64,000 nt of DNA. Source: Magnetococcales bacterium (lineage in GTDB: Bacteria > Pseudomonadota > Magnetococcia > Magnetococcales > UBA8363). Of this stretch, positions 51,439-60,634 are shown in pieces. The stretch's first letter is position 1, and each line of letters starts with the position of its first letter. The notes below the pieces were generated by a model. That model did not search any database. It was given only the letters and a program-made list of their open reading frames with translations, and was not told the origin of the DNA. The translations under genes were made by a program, and so were the position numbers. The stretch lies in the NCBI GenBank assembly GCA_015228815.1, contig JADGCV010000007.1, positions 1,583 to 65,582 of the forward strand, written 5' to 3'.

Positions 51439-52638
51439 TCAGAGATGATCAAGTGCCTGATGAATATCGGCCAGGATGTCCTCGACGTTTTCCAGGCCGA
51501 TGGACATGCGCACGAGTCCTTCGGTGACTCCAGCTTGGATCCGGTCGGCTGGGGAGAGTTTGCCATGGGTGGTGGTGGCGGGATGGGTGACGAGGGTGCG
51601 GGTGTCGCCCAGGTTGGCGGTGATGGTGGCCAGTTGCAGGCTGTCGATGAAGCGGTGGGCCTGTTGACGCGAATCGAGTTCAAGGCACAGGATTCCTCCG
51701 GGTCGGCGCATTTGTCTTTCGGCGAGCGCCCGTTGGGGAAAGTCGGGGAGTCCGGGATAGCGGATGCGACCTTGGAGGCGGGGATGGGTGGCAAGGTCCT
51801 GGGCGATCCGTTCGGCATTGTCGCAATGTTTTTCCATCCGTAGCGGCAAGGTTTCCAATCCCTTGGACAGCACCCAGGCATTGAAAGGGGACAGGGCGGG
51901 TCCGGCATTGCGCAGAAAAGGGTAGACGTGTTTCATCAACAAGTCATGGTCGCCGACGATGGCGCCTCCAAGGACCCGCCCCTGGCCATCGAGGTATTTG
52001 GTGGCGGAATGAACCGTGACATGGGCGCCGAGGGCCAGAGGGGTTTGCAGGCAGGGGGTGCAGAAAACGTTGTCGAGGACCAGGAGGATGCCGTGTTGGC
52101 GCGCCAGTTGGGCGAGGGCTGCGATATCGACCAGTTCGAGTGTGGGATTGGATGGGGTTTCGGCGAAGAACATCCGGGTTTCCTTGCGGATGGCCTTCTT
52201 CCATGAGTCAAAATCGGACAGTTCGACCCGGGTGACGCCGATTCCCAGGCGGGAAAGGAGGGTATTGGCCATGTTGGTGGTCGAACCGAATACCGAGCGG
52301 CTGAGAACCAGGTGGTCTCCCGAAGAAAGAAGGGAGAGAAAAACGGTGGCGATCGCGGCCATCCCCGACGCGGTGGCGATGGCTTTTTCGCCCCCTTCGA
52401 GAAGGGCCATTTTTTCCTCGAAGGCGGCGACGGTGGGGTTGGTGAAGCGGCTGTAGATGTTGCCTTCCTCCTCGTCGGCGAACACGGCCCGGGCCTGTTC
52501 GGCGCTGCCGAAGACATAGCTCGATGTGAGAAACATCGCCAGACTGTTTTCCCGCTCATTGGTGCGGTGGGTTCCGGAGTGGAGGGCGCGTGTGGCGCTG
52601 CCCAGGCGGTTCCAATCGGGATTGGTGTTTTTCTTCAT
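51439..52638 (-). CDS. metZ: Cys/Met-metabolism PLP-dependent enzyme, O-succinylhomoserine sulfhydrylase-like
   Basis: Start at MKKNTNPDWNRLGSATRALHSG, just after the hspQ stop. PLP-Lys motif HSATKYLDGQGRVLGG. IYSRFTNPTV. 399 aa. Confidence 0.8.
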   Translation of the reverse strand: MKKNTNPDWNRLGSATRALHSGTHRTNERENSLAMFLTSSYVFGSAEQARAVFADEEEGNIYSRFTNPTVAAFEEKMALLEGGEKAIATASGMAAIATVFLSLLSSGDHLVLSRSVFGSTTNMANTLLSRLGIGVTRVELSDFDSWKKAIRKETRMFFAETPSNPTLELVDIAALAQLARQHGILLVLDNVFCTPCLQTPLALGAHVTVHSATKYLDGQGRVLGGAIVGDHDLLMKHVYPFLRNAGPALSPFNAWVLSKGLETLPLRMEKHCDNAERIAQDLATHPRLQGRIRYPGLPDFPQRALAERQMRRPGGILCLELDSRQQAHRFIDSLQLATITANLGDTRTLVTHPATTTHGKLSPADRIQAGVTEGLVRMSIGLENVEDILADIHQALDHL

Positions 52639-52666
52639 CTTCGGGAATCCATGGCCATGGGACGGT

Positions 52667-52984
52667 TCAGTGCAGGCTGCTTCGGGAACGATACTGGCCA
52701 TCCAGAAATGAATGAAAGTAGACATTGAGCCGGGGATGGGTCACGGGTTCCGACGTGTCGTCGGGTTTCAGGTTGCGTTCCGCCACATAGGCCTCGCTGT
52801 CGCTTTCGTGGACCAGGACCTGATACCACGGTCGATCCTTCGGGGGGCGGGTCCGGGCCATTCGGGCATAACAGGCCTCATCCCCCTGATATTCCGGGTC
52901 AATATCGACGATCACCCCACGATACGCATAAAGATTGTGGCGAATGACCTGTCCGATGGAAAACCGGGCGCTTCGTTGATTCAT
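52667..52984 (-). CDS. hspQ: Heat-shock protein HspQ (YccV/hemimethylated-DNA-binding domain)
   Basis: MNQRSARFSIGQVIRHNLYAYRGVIVDIDPEY...RPWYQVLVHESDSEAYVAERNL. 105 aa. Confidence 0.85.
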   Translation of the reverse strand: MNQRSARFSIGQVIRHNLYAYRGVIVDIDPEYQGDEACYARMARTRPPKDRPWYQVLVHESDSEAYVAERNLKPDDTSEPVTHPRLNVYFHSFLDGQYRSRSSLH

Positions 52985-53028
52985 GGAACCGATTCATCTC
53001 CCTGGTGCCCTTGTACGACCTCGGTCAA

Positions 53029-53484
53029 TCAATAAATGAAAGGTCCGACCGCCGCAAGGGTTGACACGATCATTCCCAGAACCATGTTGATCGATACCAG
53101 GCGTCGGATGCGCATCATGTACATGCCTGCTTCCGGGATCAGTTCCTCCCGGGCCATTTTCTTCATGCGCCGAAACGGAAACAGATAAATCCAAAGAAAC
53201 AGGCCGATCATGATCCAACCCAGGGTGTGCATCAGGTACACATGCAGGCCAGCCTGTCGGAAGCCACCGATCTCTCCGAAGACCATCCAGTATCCCGTGG
53301 CGGGCAGCAGCAGGACGATCACCCGGATCCAGGAGAAAAACCGTTCGAGAACTCCGATCCAAAGGGTTACCGTGTCCGGCGGCGACAAATGTTCCAGGGA
53401 CGGCCTGAGCATCCTTAGGGCGAAAAACATGCCACCGACCCAGATGATGGCCGAGATCATGTGAATGGAGAGTGGGGTGACCAT
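53029..53484 (-). CDS. Four-TM membrane protein, CopD/HemJ-like family (function not assigned)
   Basis: Start at MVTPLSIHMISAIIWVGGMFFALRML, with a conserved-looking His in TM1. 151 aa. The N-terminal 33 codons of the track ORF are Pro/Arg-rich and were rejected. Confidence 0.5.
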   Translation of the reverse strand: MVTPLSIHMISAIIWVGGMFFALRMLRPSLEHLSPPDTVTLWIGVLERFFSWIRVIVLLLPATGYWMVFGEIGGFRQAGLHVYLMHTLGWIMIGLFLWIYLFPFRRMKKMAREELIPEAGMYMMRIRRLVSINMVLGMIVSTLAAVGPFIY

Positions 53485-53753
53485 GGCGTTTCCATCCTTA
53501 TTGTGCTTTGTGGGCCGGAATGGAACTGGTTTTGTTGCCGATTGTCCAGGTGTACCCGGACGGATGGGGCGTGTCCGGGACAAGTCGCGACGATGCCAAT
53601 GATAACAGATTTTTCGGGGGGGAAGGAATGGGGATGAACTTTTCAGGGGAATTGGTGTATTTTATTTCTTGGACATGATCCTGCCGCGCATGGTTTGGCG
53701 GATTGACAAGGATCTTTGTACCCAGTGGTTCACGACTTTCAGGGGATTTCTAC

Positions 53754-54638
53754 GTGACGACATTGGAAAACTGCGTGGGCAACACGCCCATGGTGGAACT
53801 GACGCGCCTGACCCCTTCCAGGGGGATCCGGATCCTTGCCAAACTGGAGGGCAACAATCCGGGAGGTTCGGTCAAGGACCGTGCGGCCTTGGGGATGTTC
53901 ATGGGGGCCGAACAGCGGGGGGAGATCCGGCCCGGAATGCGCATCATCGAGCCGACGAGCGGCAACACCGGCATTGCCCTGGCGATGATCGCTGCGACCC
54001 GTGGCTATCCGATCACCCTGGTGATGCCGGAGAACATGACCATCGAACGGCGGGCGGTGATGGCGGCCTTCGGGGCGCATCTGGAATTGACACCCGAATC
54101 CAAGGGGATGGAGGGGACCATCGATCGGGCGCGGGAGATGGTGGCCCAGGGGGAGGGGAAAATGTTCGATCAGTTTTCCAACCCTGACAACTGGCGGGCC
54201 CATCAAAGAACGACCGGGCCGGAAATCTGGCGCGATACCGCGGGGCAGGTGAGCCATTTTGTCTCTTCCATGGGGACCACCGGGACCATCATGGGGGTTT
54301 CGGCGGCCTTGAAGGAACGCAATCCCGCCGTCCAGATCATCGGAGTTCATCCCGACGAACAGTCGCGGATCCCCGGAATCAGGCGTTGGCCCGCGGCCTA
54401 TCTGCCCGGGATCTACGATCCGTCGCGGGTGGATCGGGTCTTGGAGGTCAGTGCCCAGGCGGCGCGGGAAATGACCCTGTGGCTGGCGCGCCGGGAAGGG
54501 CTGTTCGTGGGACACTCCGCAGGCGGGGCGGTTGCGGCGGCGCTCGATCTGGCCAAAACCCTGGAACCTCCGGCAACCATGGTGGTCATCCTTCCCGATC
54601 GCGGCGATCGGTATCTGTCGTCGCATCTTTTTGGATGA
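53754..54638 (+). CDS. Cysteine synthase (CysK/CysM family, PLP-dependent)
   Basis: GNTPMVEL, PLP-Lys KLEGNNPGGSVKDR, EPTSGNTGIALA, GTTGTIMG. GTG start at 53754 with AGGGGA upstream is preferred over the ATG at 53703. Confidence 0.85.
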   Translation: MTTLENCVGNTPMVELTRLTPSRGIRILAKLEGNNPGGSVKDRAALGMFMGAEQRGEIRPGMRIIEPTSGNTGIALAMIAATRGYPITLVMPENMTIERRAVMAAFGAHLELTPESKGMEGTIDRAREMVAQGEGKMFDQFSNPDNWRAHQRTTGPEIWRDTAGQVSHFVSSMGTTGTIMGVSAALKERNPAVQIIGVHPDEQSRIPGIRRWPAAYLPGIYDPSRVDRVLEVSAQAAREMTLWLARREGLFVGHSAGGAVAAALDLAKTLEPPATMVVILPDRGDRYLSSHLFG

Positions 54639-54799
54639 GGAAGCCGAACGGGAGTGGCCGATATGGGGTGATGTTGGGATATTGAACATTGTGTCCGGTG
54701 GGACTATCCTGCCACATGTGGTCGGAACCATGGAGCGGTCGGAGCCGTTCCATGGTGACGTCCTGGTGTTCCGGTCCGATTTCAGGGGAGAAAAACTTG

Positions 54800-55210
54800 A
54801 TGAAAATCGCCGTTGCCTACGCTGAGGCCCAGAGACAGATGGTCCTGGATGTGGAGGTTCAAGAAGGGGTGACTGCCCGGGAAGCGGTTGAACGGTCGGG
54901 AATCCTTTCCCGGTTTCCCCAGATCGATGTGTCACGCTGCAAGATTGGAATCTTTGGGAAGATCATCGAACCCGACCATGTCGTGGCCCTGGGGGATCGG
55001 TTGGAAATTTATCGTCCTGCCCTGGGAAAACCACCCAGAAAGGAGCGTCCGGCCAAGGGCGGTGACGCAGCGGGAGATGATGCGACAGAATCCAGGGAAG
55101 CGGATGCCGAAGGTTCCGTTTCGAAGGTTGACAAGGTTGCCGCCGCAAAACAACGGACCGCTGCCGCCAAGGCCAGAATGGCGGATAAAAATTCCGGAGG
55201 CGAATCCTAA
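54800..55210 (+). CDS. RnfH-family ubiquitin-like (beta-grasp) protein with a charged C-terminal tail
   Basis: MKIAVAYAEAQRQMVLDVEVQEGVTAREAVERSGIL...IGIFGKIIEPDHVVALGDRLEIYRP, followed by a ~60-aa Lys/Ala/Asp-rich tail. Confidence 0.75.
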   Translation: MKIAVAYAEAQRQMVLDVEVQEGVTAREAVERSGILSRFPQIDVSRCKIGIFGKIIEPDHVVALGDRLEIYRPALGKPPRKERPAKGGDAAGDDATESREADAEGSVSKVDKVAAAKQRTAAAKARMADKNSGGES

Positions 55211-55293
55211 CGGTATCGAAGTCGTCCGTCAGGAAATCGAAGATGGGAATGGCACTTCTTCTTCTTGTTGAGAAATGCCACGATCGGGAGCCC

Positions 55294-55506
55294 ATGGCAA
55301 TGAACTACACCATTGAATATGAGCAGGAAACGAACGGTCGCTGGCTGGCCGAGGTGATGGAATTGCCCGGAGTGGTGGCTTATGGTCGGACCGATGAGGA
55401 TGCCATTTCCCGCGTCGAAGCTCTGGCTCTGCGGGTCTTGGCGGAACGCCTTGAGAACGGTGAAACCCAGGGACGGTCGTTCACGATTTCGTTCGCCGCC
55501 GTATGA
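55294..55506 (+). CDS. hicB: HicB-family antitoxin
   Basis: MNYTIEYEQETNGRWLAEVMELPGVVAYGRTDEDAISRVEALALRVLAERLENGE. ATGA overlap with the following hicA start. Confidence 0.7.
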   Translation: MAMNYTIEYEQETNGRWLAEVMELPGVVAYGRTDEDAISRVEALALRVLAERLENGETQGRSFTISFAAV

Positions 55507-55714
55507 CCATGTGGCCCGCCAGCAAGGCGCGTCTTGTATTGGCCGCATGCTTCGCATCGGCTGGCGGATCAAGCGTCAGAGCGGATCCCATCGCACCTTG
55601 GAAAGGGATGGGTGGGCGGACGTTGTGTTTGCTTTTCACGATCAGGAGGAAATTGGTCCTCGCATGTTGTCACGCCTTTCACGCCATACTGGTTTGCAGC
55701 CTCATGATCTGTAG
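55503..55714 (+). pseudogene. hicA: HicA-family toxin gene interrupted by an apparent 1-nt frameshift near 55545
   Basis: Frame 0 from ATG 55503 reads MTMWPASKARLVLAA, then nonsense. The -1 frame from about 55547 reads MLRIGWRIKRQSGSHRTLERDGWADVVFAFHDQEEIGPRMLSRLSRHTGLQPHDL. Joined, they give a canonical HicA. Confidence 0.65.
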
Positions 55715-55800
55715 CTATAAAATATCCAAGGGCATTCCCGTGCCGATGTCAGCACGCCCAGGGGCGCGGTTCGCAACGGCAAACCGTCGGGACGCTTACA

Positions 55801-56565
55801 GTGCCGCGCTACAGGCTCCTTCTGGAATATGATGGCGGTCGGTTCTTCGGCTGGCAATGGCAACCCCGTCTGGAAACGGTTCAGGGGGTGCTGGAGGAGC
55901 GGTTGGCGGTATTATGCGGTCATGCGGTGCGCGTGATCGGGGCGGGACGTACCGATACGGGGGTCCACGCCCTGGGCCAGGTCTGCCATTTCGATACCTC
56001 GTGCGGGCGTTCCGCAGAGGTTTTCTCCCGCGCCTTGAATGCCGCCTTGCGTGAGCGCATCGCGGTCCTGGAATGTCGTGAGGTGGGGCCGGAGTTCCAT
56101 GCCCGTTATTCGGCCCGGCTGCGGGAGTACCTGTATCGCATCCATCTGCGCGCTGCTCCCTCCTGCCTGGAGCAGGGGCGGATGTGGCATTTGGGACGGA
56201 GGCTGGATCAGGACGCCATGATACGGGCCGGGGGTATTTTGTTGGGCAGTCACGATTTTTCCGCCTTCAGGGCGGCCTCCTGTCAGTCGAGAAGCCCGAT
56301 CCGGGAGATGCGGCGGATTGAAATCATTGAAAAAGATCAGGAATTGCGTATTATTTTTGCCGCCAATGGATTTCTGCATCACCAGGTGCGCAACATGGTG
56401 GGAAGCCTTGTCTTTGTCGGTCTCGGACGCTGGTCGGTGTCCCGGTTCGAGGATGTTTTTCGGTCGAGGGATCGCACCCGGGCGGCGCCGACGGCCCCGC
56501 CATGGGGGTTGTATCTGACACGGGTGGACTACGAAACGACCGTCATCGAGGGCGATCGCCTGTGA
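55801..56565 (+). CDS. truA: tRNA pseudouridine(38-40) synthase
   Basis: GTG start. YRLLLEYDGGRFFGWQWQ...GAGRTDTGVHALGQV (catalytic Asp)...HDFSAF...FLHHQVRNMVG. Confidence 0.9.
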   Translation: MPRYRLLLEYDGGRFFGWQWQPRLETVQGVLEERLAVLCGHAVRVIGAGRTDTGVHALGQVCHFDTSCGRSAEVFSRALNAALRERIAVLECREVGPEFHARYSARLREYLYRIHLRAAPSCLEQGRMWHLGRRLDQDAMIRAGGILLGSHDFSAFRAASCQSRSPIREMRRIEIIEKDQELRIIFAANGFLHHQVRNMVGSLVFVGLGRWSVSRFEDVFRSRDRTRAAPTAPPWGLYLTRVDYETTVIEGDRL

Positions 56566-56585
56566 GGTTCGGCGTCCGTTTCCCT

Positions 56586-57557
56586 TCAATCCGGCCATTT
56601 TCGATCGGCAAGCGATTGAAAAAAACGCAATCTGGCCATGAAACTTTCCGGATTGCGCCGGGTGACGGTCGTCCCCTGGCGCGGGAAGCAACGGTCATGG
56701 AAACGGCTGAGGCTGAAACGGAAGGCTGCGGCGCGGCAGGCGCAAACAAGCCCATCGTGTTCCTCCCGGTTTCGCGGGCGCACCTGGTCGTAGCCCTGGA
56801 GCAGGGCATCGATGTGTTCGGGGTGGGGACATCCCTGATCGTCGAGGCACCACGAACACAGGCAGACGGCCAGATCGTACAGCCAGGGGCCGGCGCAGGC
56901 GCTGTAAAAATCGATCATTCCGGTCAACCGGTCGCCGGAAAACAGGGTGTTGTCGGGAAAAAGATCGCCATGACACAATCCCTGGGGGAGGTCCCGGTTG
57001 AACCAATGATCGCCCAGCCAGGAGAGTTCCTCCTTGAACCAGGAGACGATGTCCTGATCGATCATGTCGTTGGCGGTGGCCAGGCGATGGACCATCGGCG
57101 CCCAGGACTCGGGCCGGAGGCGTCCGGGAGGAGGGGCGGGGAATTCTTGTCCGTGGCGGTGGATCCGGCCCAGCCAGATTCCCACCTGGTGGCATTGTTC
57201 CGGGTTGGGGGGATCGGGCGCGTATCCCGGAAGGAGGGAGACCAGAAGGGCGGGACGCCCGGAAAGGGTGAAGCGGGCCTTCCCTTGATGATCCAGGATC
57301 GGGCGTGGTACCGGAAGGTTGCGGTTGGCGAGTTGTTCCAGAAGATCGACGACAAAAGGTAGGGCGGAGGCCTCTTCGTGATTTTCCACAAGGGTGAGGA
57401 TGAAGGTGCCCCTGGGGGTGGTAAGACGGAAATTGCTGTTGATGATCCCTTGCGCAATCGCTTCCAGACGTATGGGGGGTCCGAGGGACCGGGCCAGGGT
57501 GAACGATTCGAGATCCTGGATTTGGACGGGCGTGTAAACCGACAAGGGGGTCTCCAT
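56586..57557 (-). CDS. thrB: Homoserine kinase, type II (protein-kinase fold)
   Basis: METPLSVYTPVQIQDLESF...IAQGIINSNFRLTT...GLCHGDLFPDNTLF...IDFYSA. The start could be 57593. With either start, the 5' end abuts or overlaps the divergent ubiX. Confidence 0.8.
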   Translation of the reverse strand: METPLSVYTPVQIQDLESFTLARSLGPPIRLEAIAQGIINSNFRLTTPRGTFILTLVENHEEASALPFVVDLLEQLANRNLPVPRPILDHQGKARFTLSGRPALLVSLLPGYAPDPPNPEQCHQVGIWLGRIHRHGQEFPAPPPGRLRPESWAPMVHRLATANDMIDQDIVSWFKEELSWLGDHWFNRDLPQGLCHGDLFPDNTLFSGDRLTGMIDFYSACAGPWLYDLAVCLCSWCLDDQGCPHPEHIDALLQGYDQVRPRNREEHDGLVCACRAAAFRFSLSRFHDRCFPRQGTTVTRRNPESFMARLRFFQSLADRKWPD

Positions 57558-58209
57558 GGGGATGGAACAGGCGTTGACGGGGGCATCGACCATTCTGGCC
57601 TTGACGGGGGCATCGGGGGCGGTTTATGGCCTCCGTCTGGCGGAAGCCCTGCTGATGGCGGGGCAGGAGGTCGAGGTCTTGCTTTCGACGGCTGCCCGTA
57701 CTGTACTGGCTCGCGAATGCGGACTCAATGTCCAGGGTGACGGAGAGGAGGTTCGCGCCGCATTCCTGAAATGGATGGGAAATTCCGCGGCGGGGATCGA
57801 GTATCGGCGTTTCAGGCATCATGGCCTCATGGACTGGAGTTCGCCATTGGCCTCCGGGTCGGCGGGAGGACGGCGCATGGTGATCTGTCCCTGTTCCATG
57901 GGGACCCTGGCGGCGGTGGCCATGGGCCTTTCGGACAACTTGATCGAACGTGCCGCCGATGTGGTGATCAAGGAACGGGGACAACTGATTCTTGTGACCA
58001 GGGAGACGCCTCTGTCGGCCATTCATCTGGAAAACATGTTGCGATTGGCCCGCCTGGGGGTCATTCTTCTTCCGGCATCTCCGGGTTTCTACCATCGACC
58101 TCAGGCAATCGGCGACCTGGTGGATTTTGTCGTCGCCCGCGTCATGGACCAGTTGGGGGTGGCGCATGGGCTGATCTCTCCATGGGGGGGTGACATGGGG
58201 GGGCGTTGA
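57556..58209 (+). CDS. ubiX: Flavin prenyltransferase UbiX
   Basis: ILALTGASGAVYGLRLAEALL...VICPCSMGTLAAVAMGLSDNLIERAADVVIKERGQLILVTRETPL. An alternative ATG lies at 57562. Confidence 0.85.
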   Translation: MGMEQALTGASTILALTGASGAVYGLRLAEALLMAGQEVEVLLSTAARTVLARECGLNVQGDGEEVRAAFLKWMGNSAAGIEYRRFRHHGLMDWSSPLASGSAGGRRMVICPCSMGTLAAVAMGLSDNLIERAADVVIKERGQLILVTRETPLSAIHLENMLRLARLGVILLPASPGFYHRPQAIGDLVDFVVARVMDQLGVAHGLISPWGGDMGGR

Positions 58210-58320
58210 ATGGTGGATGAAAACAAAAACCGTTTTTGCCTATTGAGGCCAAGTGGGATAGACTGCACCCCGACATGATTGGCCTGGGGGAGGGTTTCGT
58301 CTGGAACGGGAGCGACACGG

Positions 58321-59328
58321 ATGAAGAAAAAAGTTGAAGTATTGGCCCCCGCGGGAAATCTCCCTTCCCTGCGCGCGGCGGTGGATCATGGCGCGGACGC
58401 CGTCTATTTCGGCTTTCGCAATGCCACCAACGCCCGGAATTTCGAAGGGTTGAACTTCAGCGTGGACGAGGCCGCGGAGGGAATCGCCCATGCCCATCGT
58501 CACGGCGTCAAGGCCAATGTGGTCTTGAATACCTTTCCGCGGGCAGGTGACCCGGATCTCTGGTATCGTTCGGTCGATCAGGCCGCGGCACTCGGGGCCG
58601 ATGCCATCATCATGGCCAATCTGGCCCTCCTGGAGTATTGTCACACACGCCACCCTTCCCTGCCGATCCATCTTTCGGTACAGGCCTCCGCCAGCAATGC
58701 CCCGGCCATCGATTTCTACCAAAAACACTTCGGAATCGAGCGGGTGATCCTTCCCAGGGTGCTGACCGTTGCCGAAATCCGTTCCCTGGGGAGTCGGACC
58801 AGGGTCGATCTGGAGGTGTTTGCGTTCGGCGGTCTGTGTGTCATGGCCGAGGGGCGCTGTTACCTTTCTTCTTTTGCAACGGGGGTTTCTCCCAATATCG
58901 AGGGGGTCTGTTCGCCGGCGCGCGCGGTCCGTTTCGAAAACACGGGTTCAAACCTCAAGACACGGCTGGGCGGGTTGTTGATCGCCGAATACGGTTCCGA
59001 TGAGGAGGCGGCCTATCCGACCGTCTGCAAGGGACGATTCGAGGCCAATGGACGGGTCTATCATGCGATGGAGGAGCCGGGATCACTCAACATCCTCGAA
59101 ATGCTCCCCGAGGTGATCGAGGCGGGAGTCATTTCGCTCAAGATCGAGGGGCGGCAACGGACAAAATCCTATGTGGCCACGGTGACCCGGATTCTCCGCC
59201 AGGCGGTCGATTCCTACTATGACGATCCCGGCTCCTTCCGTCCCAGGGGCAAGTGGATCAAGGAATTGAATGCAATTTCCGAGGGGACGACCCATACCCT
59301 GGGGACCTATGAACAACGGTGGCAGTGA
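58321..59328 (+). CDS. ubiU: U32-family protein UbiU (O2-independent ubiquinone hydroxylation)
   Basis: MKKKVEVLAPAGNLPSLRAAVDHGADAVYFGFRNATNARNFEGLNFS closely resembles the E. coli YhbU N-terminus as I remember it. Cys cluster GGLCVMAEGRCYLSS...GVCSP...TVCKG. GGGAG Shine-Dalgarno upstream. Confidence 0.8.
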   Translation: MKKKVEVLAPAGNLPSLRAAVDHGADAVYFGFRNATNARNFEGLNFSVDEAAEGIAHAHRHGVKANVVLNTFPRAGDPDLWYRSVDQAAALGADAIIMANLALLEYCHTRHPSLPIHLSVQASASNAPAIDFYQKHFGIERVILPRVLTVAEIRSLGSRTRVDLEVFAFGGLCVMAEGRCYLSSFATGVSPNIEGVCSPARAVRFENTGSNLKTRLGGLLIAEYGSDEEAAYPTVCKGRFEANGRVYHAMEEPGSLNILEMLPEVIEAGVISLKIEGRQRTKSYVATVTRILRQAVDSYYDDPGSFRPRGKWIKELNAISEGTTHTLGTYEQRWQ

Positions 59329-60266
59329 TGCGGATCAGTCTCGGGCCGTCTCCATTCGACTGGGGAAAAAACGGTTTTAAAAACTATTACCGGAAAATGG
59401 CCTTCGAAACGCCGGTGGACCTTTTGTATCTTGGCGAGGTGGTCTGTTCCAAAAGGCAATCGCTTTCGGCCCGGGAGATGGTGGAACTGGCCCGGGAACT
59501 GGCCCCTTCGGGAAAGGAGATCGTCTTTTCGACGTTGGGCCTGGTGATGAACGCGGCGGAGGAGGAACTGTTGCATCAGGTGGCGGCAGCGGCAGCCTCG
59601 GGGGGGTGGTGGCTGGAGGCCAACGACATGGGGGGGATCGCGGTCGGAGAAGGGACCCCGATGGTGGCGGGACCGCACATCACCACCTACAATCCCGAAA
59701 CGGTGGACTTTCTCAAGAAGGTCGGGGTCCGTCGTGTCGTCTATCCCGTCGAGTTGTCGGCCCAGGCGATCGGGGAATTGATCGCCCGCCAGGGAGATGA
59801 TGTGGAGGGGGAGGTCTTCTGCTATGGCAAACTGCCGCTGACTTTTTCCGCCCGTTGTTATACGGCCCGGGCCTTTCAGTTGTCGAAGAGCAACTGTCAG
59901 TACCGGTGTGGTGATTTTCCCGATGGCCTGGCCATGCGGACGCAGGAAGGGGTCCCCTTTCTGTCGATCAATGGCACCCAAACCCTGTCGCATCGTATCT
60001 ACAATCTTGTGAACGAGGTCGATCGACTGGAACGGATGGGGGTCGGAGTGATCCGTCTTTCCCCTCAGAGCGAGCGAATGGAGGAGATCGTCACGGTATG
60101 GCATGAACGGCTGCAACGGCGCATTGGCGATGAAGAGGCCTGGCGCCGGTTGTTGGAAATCAATGGCGGGGTCCCCTTTTGCAATGGCTATTTCCATGGG
60201 CGGTCCGGTCTGGAGTATGTGGAACCGGGGGTGTCTCCTCCGGCAATCGATGCACCGGTCGGTTGA
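59328..60266 (+). CDS. ubiV: U32-family protein UbiV
   Basis: MRISLGPSPFDWGKNGFKNYYRKMA...LLYLGEVVCSKR resembles the YhbV N-terminus. The ATG overlaps the ubiU TGA (TGATG). Confidence 0.8.
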   Translation: MRISLGPSPFDWGKNGFKNYYRKMAFETPVDLLYLGEVVCSKRQSLSAREMVELARELAPSGKEIVFSTLGLVMNAAEEELLHQVAAAAASGGWWLEANDMGGIAVGEGTPMVAGPHITTYNPETVDFLKKVGVRRVVYPVELSAQAIGELIARQGDDVEGEVFCYGKLPLTFSARCYTARAFQLSKSNCQYRCGDFPDGLAMRTQEGVPFLSINGTQTLSHRIYNLVNEVDRLERMGVGVIRLSPQSERMEEIVTVWHERLQRRIGDEEAWRRLLEINGGVPFCNGYFHGRSGLEYVEPGVSPPAIDAPVG

Positions 60267-60315
60267 AGGATCGTCCATTCAATCGGGGCATTCATCCATT
60301 CAAGGAAAAAAGACG

Positions 60316-60555
60316 ATGCAAATTGACAATGCGATCCTGGATCAGATCACGCAGAATGTCCTGGGGGTGTTCAACATGGTGGGCCAGACGCGGGAGGAGA
60401 TGACCCGCAAGATTCGTGACCTGGTGCAGGAAGGGGTCGAGCATTTCGACCTGGTGGGACGCGAGGAGTTCGATGCCGCCCGTGAACTGTTGAGCCGGAC
60501 ACGGATGCGGCTGGAGCAATTGGAACGCCAGGTTGCCGAGATGGAAGGACGTTGA
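60316..60555 (+). CDS. ubiK: UbiK/YqiC-family ubiquinone biosynthesis accessory factor (coiled coil)
   Basis: MQIDNAILDQITQNVLGVF...DLVGREEFDAARELLSRTRMRLEQLERQVAEME. 79 aa. Confidence 0.7.
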   Translation: MQIDNAILDQITQNVLGVFNMVGQTREEMTRKIRDLVQEGVEHFDLVGREEFDAARELLSRTRMRLEQLERQVAEMEGR

Positions 60556-60634
60556 GGTTGGCGCAACGGATGCGGTTGGATCCGGCGCTGGTTTCCCCAC
60601 GCTGGAGGGCTGATCCGTTGGAAGGATTGAAATC

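Noticed and set aside
53703-53731. TTGACA at 53703-53708 as a possible -35 element for the cysteine synthase gene
   Set aside because: No acceptable -10 hexamer lies at 16-18 nt spacing (TGGTTC at best).
53739-54935. 398-aa minus-strand ORF
   Set aside because: It is antisense to the cysteine synthase gene.
55503-55832. 109-aa plus-strand ORF taken at face value
   Set aside because: Only its first ~15 residues look like HicA. The rest is out-of-frame read-through that runs into truA. I interpret it as a frameshifted hicA.
56695-58167. 490-aa minus-strand ORF
   Set aside because: It is an alternative-frame or antisense reading across thrB and ubiX. It is Pro/Arg/Gly-rich.
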